Origin: the human T2T-CHM13v2.0 reference genome, Homo sapiens
Assembly: GCF_009914755.1 (NCBI RefSeq)
Contig: NC_060927.1
Reading direction: 5' to 3' (one strand)
DNA length: 64,000 nucleotides
The notes beneath the pieces were generated by a model. That model was not told the DNA's origin. It searched no databases and worked only from the letters and a program-made list of their open reading frames with translations. This document shows positions 24,591 to 39,605 of the stretch, in pieces. Each line of letters starts with the position of its first letter. The stretch's first letter is position 1. Both the position numbers and the translations under genes were made by a program.

Positions 24591-27049
24591 TATGCCTTTC
24601 TTTTTAATGATTCCCTTCTACCAGTTAGCTCTTTACTTCCATATTTCTGGGCTAATGTGATAAGGAGTTCAGCACCTGAGTAGCTGAGCTCATTCATTCA
24701 TTTCAACATTGTTTATAGTATGCCTAGTTTGAGAGAGGCACCCAGTTTGAACTGTGGGTTTCATTAGGCAGAAGGAAATTCAGGTATGGGGCAATTAAAT
24801 AAATGATTGGGGAAACAGGTTTTTCACTTAAAATGTGTTGGCTCTGTCTATATTTCTTCCTCTGTCCTAGCTAAGAAAAAGGAAGCAAACACAGTCTGCT
24901 TTTTCCCTGTTGTATTTCCCTCTGTTCATCTTACCAAGTTCCCAAGCGTAACTGTTTTATTATTCACCTGCCACATGGACTAAGGAATACAGAGGTAGTT
25001 GTGAGAATGAGGGGTGATGAGAGGAAGAGGATGCAAGAACAGGGTTCAAGGTGGTTGACTGTCTTACCAATGGGAATGAATAAGACAGCTTTGCTAAAAG
25101 AAGAGTTCAGCTCCTATAGCTTAATTTTAGCTCAATAAATAGTTTGGAAGACGTTCCAATGCATTGAATATGCTTTATTTCAACCAGAGAGTTACGGTGA
25201 GATCACATTTTAGTAAATTTTACCATTTTTCATAATTCACTTGTAAGTGCTACAGCATCTTACCTTCTGCAAGGAACCTCATCACCATGAACAGATGTAA
25301 AGTCACCTGACTGGCTCTAATAAAATCTATCATCCTGACTATCTATATATCTACTAAATAAAGAAAATACCTCAAGTTATTCCATTTCTACTAAAAATGC
25401 CAGAGATAGCACCCAATATGTGCTTAATACTGGTTGCTTTTTTCTTAAAATCTTCTGAAAACCCCAAATCTTGCTCTTTTACTTGGTTTGAGACAATTTT
25501 CTTATATTCATTCCTGATTTTCTTTGCTTATCCCCTAAGCAAAACTTGTAAATGGCTCAATTAGCTTCAGAACATTTCAAATATTAATAGTTACACTCTG
25601 GGATAACATAAAATCCTACATTGTAGACATACCCTTTCCACTCATGTTACATTTTACCATTTCATCAACTAAACAATGAGATGAGGGGATTATATCTTGG
25701 CTTAAACCACTAGCTTAAAATTCAGAAAATCCTAAGTTCAAATCCTGGTTCAGCCACTTCCCAGCAGTGAGGCCTAGAGACCACTACTGAGCAGTGAGAT
25801 CAACTAAGCAACTTCTCTGATGGTGCTGACTTCATCATGTAGAGAGGATTAAGTTAGACAAACGTGGGTGAATTGTTTAGCATAATTCTGAGCACAAAGT
25901 AAATGTTCCAAAATGTAAGTGGTTGTTATAATAAAAAAAAAATCAAAGTCCTCCCTATAATTATGGGAGGAAACACATTGTGTGACAAATTAAGTGGGGA
26001 AAAAAATCTGCTCCTTTGTGGATAACTGAAGCTATCAATTCATTCACTGTCTGAGATATTTCAGAAGAAAATGGCTTAGGGAGAATCATTTGAACTATTT
26101 CTCATTTTAGTGCATAGTCAACCTGAGAGTGAGCATAGTAGATTAATCAGTGCTTCTAAAAACAGACCATCTGTCAGATTATAATTTAATTCAGGATGTT
26201 GCCCTAAACGGGGGGAAAACACTCTATCTGGCCACTGAGGAAGAGAACTGATGGCAATTATCAGTCAATTTGCAGTCAATGTTGTTGCATAAGTTTAAAT
26301 TTCTTGGGGCCCTCAGTATAGAGTAAAAATGTAAATGAATAAGAGGTTTTTTTCTTTTTGACACTGTAGACATTAAGTTTTGCAAAATTAAATGACTACA
26401 TTTACAGTCATGGAGGAGAGACATTGCCTCAACTCGGTTTCTTCTGATGTGTCTTTGAAACAGAGCCCTGCAAAGCTAATCTGCTCAACCTTCACCTACT
26501 GGGTTCAATGAATATGAAAAGCTGCCTTCCTGAAACTTTTCCTTCAAAGAGGGAATGATCTCCTGGAATTCAAGCTTCTACAAGGTGGCTACCTGGTGTT
26601 TTCCACTTTTGCCGTCTCCTAAAAAGCATCAATCAAGCCTTGCCCTTTCAACCCACTGAACACATAAACATGCTTTCTCCTTAACTGAACTTATGGCCAC
26701 GATGAACTTGAACTCTGAGATTCACAGAGGAGAGTTTGTTTTAACAGCTGCTTTTACAATGAAGCCCTGGAGTTACTACTCTCAAGACCCCTGGTTCTGA
26801 TAGGCCATCTTTTCACTGTCCTCTGCATTTTCTAATGCCCAGCTGTCAAGGAACACCCACTGAAGTTTTCCAAAACAAAGGCACGAAACACAAGAAAGGC
26901 AAGAGAATGCTAATCACCAGATGCATGGGCATCCTATGGGGGAACCCCTTACATGTGGAATACGGTTTTTCTCCCCAATTTATTTTTATAAATTTATTGA
27001 TTTCTTTGCTAGTTTGTTATTAATTGTTAGAGATGTCCTGTTGCCTGAG

Positions 27050-27250
27050 GTTGCCCTGTCCGATATGGTAGCCACCAGCGACAGGTAGCTATTTAGAGTA
27101 ATTTAAAAATTACATTAAAAATGCAGTTTCCTTGTCACTTAACCATGTTTCAAGTGCTCAGTATTAACCACATGTGACTAGTGGCTTCCATAAAGGAAGG
27201 CAAAAATAGAGAACATTTACATCGCTGCAGAAAGCTACTAGATTTTCTTG
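27050..27250 (-). mobile_element. MER3-like hAT-Charlie MITE
   Basis: ctgtccgatatggtagccaccag...tttcaagtgctcag...ccacatgtgactagtggct...gctgcagaaag. Confidence 0.75.
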
Positions 27251-30200
27251 GCCAAGGCATAAGCTCTTTCTCATAAGAGAAAGGGGATGCAGATCTTGCT
27301 AAGAGTGATGGATTTCTGGGTTCAGCCTACATGAGTCATCTTCCATACTACCCCTGGACATGCTTTCCTTGGCTGCCAATTTTCTATTTTATAAATTTCA
27401 GGAAAGAGAGATTATGGTTGTTAAAACCATTCATGACAATGATCCCACTTTAGAGAAAACAACAGCAACAAGCAAAGAAGATGGTGTGGAGATCCGCACA
27501 TTCCACATCTTTTAATTGGTACCCATTAAATAACAAAGGGAAAAAGTACCCTCAGACCACAACTCTCCACCTTGTGTGGAGGCCAAGGACCCAGCAGGGA
27601 GAAGGCAGAAGATTAGGTTCTCCACTCATCCTGGCTCTCAGACCACTGAACTCACATTTGGGTTCTAATGGAATGGTGATTGGAAGCATATTCTCCAATA
27701 GGAGGTTTTTAAAAGTTCTGTGCCATCAGCCAGGCAGCATCTGTCATTTAAAATGACTGGCCAGTTGCACGTTTAAAAGCAAAGATAAAATTGCTAATTT
27801 ATACTTACTGAATAAACATCAGCAGTATCCATGAAGGTACCTACCCTAATAGCAAGTTGTATTTTTATTTTTATGGTGGTGGCGAAGCTGCCAGGAAAAC
27901 CAAAGCATCAGTTCTTTAATTACATTTGTTTAGTATTGATTTAATACTAAAATTTCTCTTGCTCCCTTAGAACAAAGAGCTCTAACTTGTACACTGCTGT
28001 ATCCTTAGCACCTGGAACAGTCCCTGGCCTACAATAGGCACTTAGAAAGTATTTGTTAAAAATTGATTTTTTTTTTTTAAAGAAACAACCCAGAGTTTTT
28101 TTATTCTGCCCCAACCCCCAACCCCTGGCATTAAAATAAATCTTCCTCAACTGCCATCACTAATCGCCAGGATTCCCTCCTAGCCAATTATGCTTGGACT
28201 CAACCTCTACCTCCCACTCCACATTCCAAAGTTTCTATTTCTTTCCATTCCAGAAGGGCAACTCCACAACAGGAGTGAGGGAGAGGACCTGGACTCCTCC
28301 TCAGAGTCCAATAACACTCCTAACCCTGCTCCCCCAACCTGTGGACTTTTTAAATCCATGAAAATAGAACCTGTCAAGCTACCACAAAATAGCATCAGAA
28401 GGCAGGATCAGTCTTTCATAGGCATACAATCTCTGTAAATACTGAAAAAAGATTATTAAAAGCCTGCTAAGTTTTGTCTCCAGTGAAATAGATGCAGGCA
28501 AGTATTTTGATTGTTCTGAACACATTAGAGATGAGTGCTACACAGAACTAAGGTAAACTTTGTAAATTCGTATGTCATAACACTTTGTTCCACAAAAAAC
28601 TATCTTATTTTTTATACTCCATACTGATACAGCCAAATAATGTGGCTCTTATTTTCTAAAGATGCCAGCAATATGTTTAAACATGTCTTCATTGTAGTAA
28701 AAGTATCATATTTATAAAAAATACATATGCATTTAATGTGATATTCCTTATAGTCAAAATCTTGATATCATCCTGTTAATCTGGCTAAAAATGTATCTGT
28801 AAAATGAAAGAGAGGAATATTTTGCCATTCCCTAAACAACAGTTGTTTGAAGCTTTTGTAATTGCTGGTTATGGGAATTTACCAATAACAGGAATGAATT
28901 TGGATTTTCTTTTGCTGGAATCAAATGGACAATGTCATAATTAGCTAAGTAATGTTGAGGCTAAATGAAGTTTGAGTTTTAGGCACATCCTTTATGGAAT
29001 ATAAACAGGAACCTAAAAGTTCATTCTGAACATAGGTTGTTTCTTTCTGCCAAAACAAGATTAATAGTCAGTACCCTAACGACAAGGTCCTATCACTGAA
29101 GTAGATTATCGGCTAGTCAAATGGGTTCCTAACAGCACCTCCCTCATGGGTTAAAACAAGAGGGTTAATGTGATGTGTATTTGCTTAATTTGGCTTGTTA
29201 TACAGTAAACACACAGCAAACGTTAGCTATTGTTATCTTCATTTCCTTTGGAGAAGTTATCTTATTTCTCACCTTATTAAAAATAAACCCTAACTCATAC
29301 AGGGACCCTCCTTACCTTGGTCCTTTCACCCATGAATACCATAATAACCTATACTGCAAAAAGGAGGCTCAGGAGGAGGATGAGGTATCAATAGGCCTCC
29401 GGGTCATTTTTATGATTTAGGTATTTTTTGAAAAGGGTAGGCTCTCTTGAAACTTCCAAGGTAGTTGTTGTAGTATTTTATTTTCCTTTCATAAGAAATG
29501 CTTTCTGAAATGTATTGCAGTGAACAAATAACAAAATTGACAAATGCTGTAAGCCTTTTACAGTTATCTGAACACACAGAATAAAGTGTAATCAAATTTG
29601 TGCACATTAGGTTTGCTTTTTCCTGTACCTAGCTGTCTCTTATGTGTTCAGAACCATTTCTTCCAATCACCTTTTTTTGTCTTCTGGCTATAATTTATCA
29701 TTATCTACAAATTCAATAAATGGAGCATGCATATTTCATAGTTGAGATTCAATAATTCAGGACAACAGTACTAGAAAAGAAAAAATACCCAACAAAATAT
29801 TAAGCCTCATATATTTTTGTTTATAAATCTAAGCATCATTTCCAACTCAGAAATATGTTTTTAAAGTATCCCTTTAAAATACATACTTGAAGCTGTCTAA
29901 TTACACAAAGCTAGATACTTGGCTACTCAGATTTGAGGGAGGGGTTGTACAGGTTGGAGGGAATTTACAAAATTAAAATGTATCTTTTTAAAACCAAAAG
30001 AAACATATACATTCATTTCTAATCCACAGAGCCTACTTGCCTTTACAGTCTGCTGATAAACACTGATTTTTTAAACATTGTATATAAAATTAAATAACAT
30101 GAAAAAATAAATATGCTTTATTATATAACACATAGAAATCTGTACTGCTCAAAATATTCAGAAAATTCTAGGTGTGGCTGCTTAAAACTGTGTTTAGAAA

Positions 30201-30805
30201 ATATGGTAGTGATATTTACAATCTTTATTTCTTCTAGGGAGAGAAGCAGTGAGGTTATAAAATACTGGTATCAAACATTTTCTCTTCCTACCTACAGAAG
30301 CTGCAAACTTTAATACGAAAATGAGGTAGACAAAAATTCATAAGTTAGCCAGGCAGAAACAAAAGCACAATTCCTTCATGAGCTCATAAATTCTCATTAC
30401 TTGGGTCGACAAGCATTATTCCAATGCACCTAAAGCAAGGCTCAGAGAACATTTTTAGGTTTGTCATGAAAAACCCGAACAAGCAATTTCTCCTAAGGAG
30501 AAGCACAGTTTCCAAGGTGATCAGCAAGCAGGTTGACAGGGCAATGCACAAAGGAACACCGAAGACCCATCTTGGATACATGGTATCACCTAGCAGACTT
30601 TTAATCTGTGATTATCTAGATGAATTAGCTTTCTCTAGAACGCTCTGGATTTTTAGCCTACTTTCTGCTGTGGTTCGATAGTATAGAGGTCTCTTTCCAA
30701 TTTACTCCTCAAGTCATAGGACATATGCATAGACTACTTAATGTCCTCCTGGGACTGACTGCAGGAGTCAACTGAAAGGCATGTGAGTTTAAGAACCTTA
30801 TTTCA

Positions 30806-31103
<298 letters not shown>

Positions 31104-32379
31104 TTATTTCAAAAACAAACACTACCAAAAAAAGAGTCCAAAGGCCCATTTTAAAAAGGATAGAAAAGGTTGAATTTCTGGAGGATATTTCTCACCATCA
31201 TGATTCTTAAATCCGCAATGACTTGAGCCAGAACCAATGGCTGATCTAAGATGGGGACTTAAACCCTAGGTTCACAGAAGCTTCATTTTAGGGATGCTGG
31301 AAGCTATATTAATAGTGATTTGGGGTTTCTTTCCTAAATACTGCTCTTTAGTAACAAGTGTTGAAGTAGGCAATCTCCATTTTGACCTTGGAGAAGGCTA
31401 ATTCACACAGCAGCAGTTGCTTCTTGACATCATCTAATGCATGGGAGTACTGGGAGAGAGAAAGCAACCAGGCAGAAGGATTAATTGCTACCCTTGGTCC
31501 CTAATAAATCTAAGTTGCTTTCTGTTGAAAGCAACATGTTAGCACCTCCAACATACTTTTTATTGTTGTTAGTTTCACCGTCAGTTACAATGATGAAGCA
31601 CCATGGAAGTGGCTTTATGGCTATTAACACAATTACTGAGGTATGCTTACATTTGGAATTACTAAGATATTATACCAAAGCATCCACAGAAATAAACACA
31701 CAATTAAAATCAAAACTCTACAGTAAGAATCTGAAAGACTGCCCTCTCACTCATATATTTAGGAAAAGTAATATATTACAAAGATATTTTAAAGAAAATG
31801 CTTTTGATTTAATTTTTTAAGATCACAATTAAAAGCCTTGCAGAAGTGGCCTTGCTCTTAGACTGTAGAGGCTTCGCATATTTGAATAATGATCACTTTA
31901 TAAAGAAACCATTGAAATCATATAGGCAGCAAAATGATTTTAAAAATGCGTGCACTTGCTTCTGTGCATACTAGAGCATTATAATTTCTTTCTCTCTCTC
32001 TCTTTCTTCCTCTGTTTCAGAGAACTGTGTGCAGGCCCAAGGAGAACAACTACATGAAATAAACCTTATGTTTTCAGTTACAATAATTAGCAGTTCATGT
32101 TTTAAAATTTAAACATTTATGCTCTTAAAATATCTGTGGGGGAGGGTAGTGATCCTGTGTAAAAAAAAATTTAGCGTATTTAGAAAGTGTTTAAGGAAGA
32201 GAATACCATGGAAATTAATTTATAATTCTCTAAGACTTATGTTTTTCCCCCTGTTTTCCCAAATAATTCTTCCTGGAGAGGTAAATATAGAATAATCAAT
32301 GGAACTGAGATGATCAATGGAATTGAGTCTGGGAAGGGAAATGCAGGTTTCTTTTTTTCACCAAACCACAAGAATATGC

Positions 32380-32385
32380 AATAAA
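32380..32385 (+). terminator. Candidate polyadenylation signal of the antisense lncRNA
   Basis: AATAAA followed by ttgtgtgtttcttcc, downstream of the acceptor at 32020. Confidence 0.5.
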
Positions 32386-33607
32386 TAGCCTTGTGTGTTT
32401 CTTCCTAAGGGTTAAGAGATTTTTTTTTTTTTGGGTCAAAGTTAATGAACTACGACTTTGTGGACAGCTAGTAGACTTTCTAAAACATAACTCTGGTACT
32501 GGTATTGCTGTTGGTCTAGTGAACTGGGTGAAAACACAATGAGCTTAAGAGGGAATTTCACGAAAAATAATATATAATAGGAGATGAGGGAAGTTGGGAA
32601 TGTCAGAAGATGTTCCTGAGATTCTAAGGTTATTTCTGATCTTCAAAAATGTTCATCTGGGGAAGGTGCCATTATTGTAGGGAAAATGCTCCTACTGAAC
32701 TGACTAGAGATACAACAGACCAGAGCTCTCTGACCCAGAGTGGCGTTTCTTAAGTTCTGGAAGAAAATACTTAACAGTCCAGCTAAATAGTACCAGTGGA
32801 GATAATGCTCCAAATTCTTCTAGATTTCTGCCTAATACAAAGTATAGTGATTATATAGTTAGTGTTACACCTGCAGACACGACCCCAGCCATTGAAACCC
32901 TTGACTCTTAGAAATGTCAACAGGTATTAACCATGTCACTTCACTTAATCTGCTCTTTAGCTGGTTTCAGGGATGGTTAAGACTTCTGAGAACCATACTG
33001 GGTAAAAAAACATTCTGGATATGACTTAATACAATACTAAATTCAGCTTCAGTGCAATTAATGTATTTACAGGACCATTTTTCCTCTATTTACATGAAAC
33101 AGCCCTAACGGCTCCACAGCTTATGGGCACAACTCAGCCAAAGTATTGTTTTGACACAGCTGATGCTTCTGTTTGCCAAGAGCTGCCCCAGAAGTTTGCA
33201 TCATATTTACAGTGGCAAACCTGTCTCACCATGTCAGCTGCTGGCTAAGCAGATAGCAAAGGAAGACTAGGACCAAAGCAAAAAATGGTCCCAAACGGGC
33301 TTCCTATCTCTGTGCAAGAGAGAGAACATTTCCGACACCCTAAAAGGCACCAGGTCACCTGTTCCATTTTTGGTCTTTTGCATTTTTAAATGATTTTAGT
33401 CTATTTTGTGGGCACAGACTTTGTAAAAATTATGTTCAGAGCTGTACCCGAGTCACACAGGCAAATTACAGTCACTGAAGAAAAATTGCTTTGGCCTCAG
33501 TAAGCAGGTATCTTTCCCAAAAAGTCAAAACTACTACAGCTTAGAAAAGGAAAGAATGTGTGCTATTGAGTTGTCTGTTAAAATCACTATGTATGTGTGT
33601 GTGTATG

Positions 33608-33608
<1 letters not shown>

Positions 33609-33646
<38 letters not shown>
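33609..33646. repeat. (TG)19 microsatellite with imperfect TG extension to ~33590
   Basis: Directly visible. Confidence 0.95.
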
Positions 33647-33649
<3 letters not shown>

Positions 33650-33902
33650 TTAGGCTAAGAAAAGGCAGCTACTTCTTGGCACCAGGTCCTGTATGAGGTA
33701 CACTTATTCTTTAAAGTCACTTTGGCAATATCATAAAAAGTTAATTCTATTATGTGCCAATATGGAGAAAATAATAGACTATTTATAGCAGAGTTTCTGG
33801 GATGCCCTTGTAAGTGTGACAATTATCTGCCACAGAGGAGTGCCCCAGAATACCTTGGAATTAGATAGTTTGGTTAACAAACATGAATAGTTAGGGCCGT
33901 AC

Positions 33903-34079
33903 CGAGCTCCAAGGGCCAGTACTCCATGCAGCGTCGTGTGGACAAGCATGTGTGTTACACTGCTCACGATCGGGAGGTTTATCAAGAATTTCACAGCTCA
34001 AATCTGGAAACCGTTCACCGTTGGACCGCTGACAGACCACCAGTCTTGTTCTTATGCCTCCACCACACAGCTTAGTGCA
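33903..34079 (-). CDS. ADAMTS9: ADAMTS9 exon (~28), TSR: [14 protein letters not shown]...WSTGPWSS
   Basis: Acceptor ttccag|TGC, donor TCG|gtacgg; 177 nt, phase 0-0; followed by a 25.7 kb intron (8173-33902). Confidence 0.95.
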
Positions 34080-34420
34080 CTGGAAGAAGGAAAAGGAAGG
34101 CTGCAGTTATTTTGTCTGAAAGGCCAATGACAAATTTTCTTTCTCCCTAATTTCTTAGCCAAACTCAATTATGGCATTGGGCAAGGTAAGCCTCTGACAG
34201 ATGGAACCAAGGTGAATTACCAATAGTGATACGTAAAACAGACCAAGACTCTCCTACTTTAATGGCAGGTATTAGTTATTAAGTGCTTTCTCTTAACTTG
34301 CACTGAGGACTTTTGCATATATTATCTAATCAAGAGGAGTGTAATTATTTGCCCCATCTTATATATGAAGCAATTAAGGTGAAGGGAGGTTAATTAACTC
34401 GATCAAGTCCAATCTGTTAG

Positions 34421-34690
<270 letters not shown>

Positions 34691-36477
34691 AACAAAGATT
34701 CTTTGAGAAATACCAAACCAAACCAAAACAAAACAAAACAAAAATAGACAAACAAAAACTACCCAATACCAAACAAAGGAGACAATGACTTAACTGGTTC
34801 TATTTTCTGGCAAATTTTAAGAAGCTGTCACCAATCCTTGGCTGTTCTCTGACTCCGTCTCCATAGCCCTTTATGACACTAACCTATTTTACTGTATCTC
34901 TGAATGTGAGGACAACTATGACTTTCCCCTTGGATGAATAAACAGCATGGTGGGAACACTGGATAAGGTTCTGACTCCTGGCTAGATCTAAACTTCTGAG
35001 GCAGGAACACGTTGTATTTCTTGGACAGTGCTGCTGCGCTCAAATCCAGCAACACTGACATTTGGTTTCCCTGCTGTGTCAAGGCCAGATCTCCCACAGA
35101 ATTTGGAATGATCTGGTCTGTGCTGACAGCAAAGCATCCCAGCAAGTTCGTGTACTCTCCTGGCTTGAATCCAATTACAGAAGCTTAATCACAGGCCCCA
35201 CAGGACAGAACTTTGCGAGGAGGTTTTGGGAAATCCACAATACATGAGTCACAAAGCCTCATTCCCTTTTCTTTCCCTTCAACAAAGCTCTCCAGAATGA
35301 CATAACTGTCAATGAAAGTCAACAATAATCCCATTATGACTGCCTATGACTACTAGGTTATATGGCTGAAACCATGAAATGTGGACACGTGATTTCATTC
35401 AGCCAAGGATGTGGACTAACATGCCCATCAATCTCATTTGTCTTTTTCCCCCCTTGGCACTGGGACCTCCAAAGTGTTATTTCTCGTGTTTTATTTGATA
35501 AATGTTATAGTCAAGACAGAACAACTCAACAAACTTTAAATATGTGCTCTCCCTGTGGATTCAAGAATAGAGAGATATATTCTTAGTTAATTAAACACAA
35601 AACAATAAGCATCTAGGCCCTATGTATAATAAGGGCTCAAACCCCCACTTAGTCACAGTATTATTAATAATTATTCTTAACATTAATTATTACTACATTA
35701 TAGTGGCAGTTAATTGATTAAAGGCGATGTGCTACGCATTTGATAGATACTACCTCATATCATGGTCATAAATACTAAGAAGTTGGTGCTATTACTATCC
35801 TTATTTACAGATGAGGATATAAATATTTGGCAAAGATACTACATTATTTGCCAAGGTCACAAAACTTTTAAGAGCCAGAGCTGAGAACAGGACACGGTTT
35901 TCTCAGCTTCCAATACTCAGTTGTCCCCTATCAGTCGTCACAGGCAACCCTGAAAAGGTAGCAGCTAAATAATTCCATATTTGAGAAAACACAGCTAACT
36001 ACTCACTTCTGCAATAAAAATACATCATCTTTCATAGGAATTATAACACCTATTCAATCTGGCTTCATTAGTGACTTGGAATGTTGGGAGACATTATGCC
36101 ATGGGAACAGGGCATAACACAAACACCCCAAAACTATGAAGAAGAGGGCAAGACTTCCATGGACCGATTTAACACATATTTTCAATCACTTTAAAAGCAT
36201 CTATTTTTTAATCATCAGAGGTGAACAAATAACTTAAACCAGTATTTATCTGTATTCTCACCTAATTTTCCTCACCTGTGTACCCAAACTGTCTCTTAGT
36301 GGTAATAGGAACACTTTAAAATAGTCCAGAATTTAAGAAGACAGGTTTCCTAGTTAATCCCCACCCCAGAAGCTTCTACTAGAGCTAGTTCTTCTCCTTG
36401 AAAATAAAATCTGAATGATAAATACAGTTTGGTTAACACAATTCCTCTGTATTTATAGACGGATAGTTCACTCTCAC

Positions 36478-36639
36478 CTCTCCCCAGTTGCCATAAGCCC
36501 ACTGAGGACAAGGGCCGGATTCACAGGCTCTTTGCTCATCAGGTTTTATTCTCTCCACACAGTCGTTTGCGGTGTATCCATTTTCATCCTGACATACAAC
36601 AACACGCCGCTGGGATCCGCCAGCACAGGTACTGGAACA
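36478..36639 (-). CDS. ADAMTS9: ADAMTS9 exon (~27), TSR: [14 protein letters not shown]...WAYGNWGE
   Basis: Acceptor gtttag|TGT, donor GAG|gtgaga; 162 nt, phase 0-0; read manually. Confidence 0.95.
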
Positions 36640-37839
36640 CTAAACACATCAGTCGACAAGTTAATCCCCACCTCAATCTCCATCTTAGGGACACAGAAGC
36701 AGCTGGTTGAAAGGTTAAGACAAATGTGCTGAAAAGCATTCTCAAGTCATCCACGAAGGACAAAAAGCAATCAGGAAAACCCAAGAACTTCCCCACTGTG
36801 GGGCTGTTTCATGTACACATCCTATAGACACACCTGGAGGGCAGAAATGTGTCTTCTCTTCTGGTGTGCCTCAGGCCCTCTACAGGGGTTCCATAAATGC
36901 CTAATGTGACTTCCAAAGCAGGCCACTTACTGTCTTTATCCCCTCTGCATCTCTAAGAGGTACAGAGGTGTTGATGGACACGACAGTTAATTTGGAAATT
37001 CTTTTCAAAACTTCAAGTGCCTATTTAGAACCAATATTTGATTTTCCTTTCAACGCGGAGGTCAAATTACATGCCTAATGAATTGCCAGTTGTAGAAATT
37101 AAGCTTCTGTATGAACTCCTTCAATTACTCCAGGAAAACATCATGGAATGTCATTTAGACATCATTTCCTAGCAGATAAAATGTTCCTTTCTCTCTCTTT
37201 ACAACAGCCTGAACTTCGGTGGCTAATGGTAGTAAGACTTGTTTTATTTATTTTTTACTTCCCCAATGAACTTAATTGAATTTCATCATGACAAACCTCT
37301 CTTCGGCCGTGCTTTCAGCCTAACACCCTCTCTTTCATGGTTTGTCATGGGGTTATGTTTGCATTTCATTTCATTTCCCATACAAGCCTCTCATAGTTCA
37401 CTTATTTACACCTGAAGTGTTTTCTTCTTTCCATAACTTCTTTATCTTTTTAAACCCAAAATGTTTGCTAGTGTCCTTTACCCCGACCCTTGTAAAATCA
37501 GTTTGCCTATAAAATAATCATCTGGTCCTCAAAGCAATGTATTTCTCACGATTTATCAAGACTCAAACTGCATTTGCAAGTATGTTGTTAGTTCCAGGTT
37601 CTGAAGGCTGATTTTTGCTTTCTAGCTAATCGTAGCTCATATCAGTGTTATTTCAAGATAGGCTCTATCAAACATTGCTTCTTGCTGGTCATCTTCTTCC
37701 GTATCAAGATGTGAATACATTTTGTTGCTAATTGAACTGGACCACTGTTAATTTCCCTGCCCATGCTGGTCAAATTATAAGTGTTTTTAAATCAGTATCT
37801 ACACTTTCATTTTATATTGGGTTTACTTTTTTAATGTAG

Positions 37840-38289
<450 letters not shown>

Positions 38290-39382
38290 TAAGCAGCTTA
38301 GTACATAATAAAAAACAGAGAACTATTATTTTAATTAGCTTTGTTTGGGGACCAGAATTTTAAATGTTAGGAAGGGCCTTTCATGGTATAAATAGATTTG
38401 TCATCTATATCTTGGTCCTCGAGTTTTCTCCTTGATAATATAATCTTGTATCATTCCTTTATTATGTCACCTGTCAGCTTTATTGCCCCAGTAAAATGGC
38501 AGGCTCCTTGAGGAAAGGCTCAATGTTTTAACCTGTGTCCCTATTACCTTCCATAGTGCTGGTCACAGGATTTGCTACCTGGTCCAGTTAAAGATTCTGG
38601 AAGAAACAGCTCTAGAAACTCCATGGTATTCTCTCTCCAATATGTCTGATGGGTGCAAGGATGAACACCTGATCCATGGTCAAGCAATCCACTGGCCACC
38701 CAGGGAGTGACTGGATGCTTCCTACCGAGAATCCAACTGAAGTGCTGGTGATAGCTCTCAGCTTGGGCCAAGCAGTTGCACTGCACATTCTTGAGCTATC
38801 TGAATCCTGAGCCTGCTTGGGTCTTTATACTCCCACAGACAGATGAAGTATTGTACATAACCTTTCTCCAGGTCTAATTTTGCCATTATTTGATTAACAG
38901 GGATTCTTAGTTCCATTTCTCCATGTTGCAGACTTTCAGTCTGGACTTTTGTTAACAAAGTCCCTGTCCTCTTTAAATGACAACATTTTCTTAGGTAAAC
39001 ATTTATTTGAACAAACTTTGAATCTATTAGTAAAACGTACTTGAAATTTGTCATCCACAATGGACAAAATAAAGGAGAATGGCCTTTAGAGAAGCAAAGG
39101 GAGACAGATATTTGTTTTTTTCTACCTGCTCAAATCAACATCCTTTTCCTTACATCTGGCAGCCCAATTTCCTTTAAGAAAACATTCCTCCTCATGGCAG
39201 ATGCCATCTTCATCTATCAATTAAGACACTCTGCCCTATTGTGGTCAGAGGTGGGCAACTGGACTTTCCTGGGAATTTGAATCCTCAGCAGAATAACTCA
39301 AGAGTGGCAAAGGCTTAAAAGAGATTCATTAAGACAGAAACTCTCTAAAGAAATTATCCCTTAGTTACCCCTCTATCTAGAT

Positions 39383-39605
39383 CAAGGGTTGGCAAGCCAC
39401 AGCCCAAAGACCAAATGTGTGCGGCCACCTGTTTTTAGAAATAAGGTTTTATTGGAACAGAGCCATGTGCACTTATTTACATATTGTCTATGCCTGCTTT
39501 TGTGCTGCAACACACAGCTGATTAGCTGTGACAGAGACTGTATGGTTCACACAGCTGAAAAGATTTATTATCTGGCCCTCTGCAGACAAAACTTGCCAGC
39601 CCCTG
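39383..39605 (+). mobile_element. MER58A (hAT-Charlie MITE)
   Basis: TIRs caagggttggcaa / ttgccagcccctg; internal aataaggttttattggaacagagcc. Confidence 0.85.

Noticed and set aside
27332-27338. AP-1 sites TGAGTCA/TGACTCA (also 35245, 43281 and others)
   Set aside because: 7-mers are expected several times by chance in 64 kb
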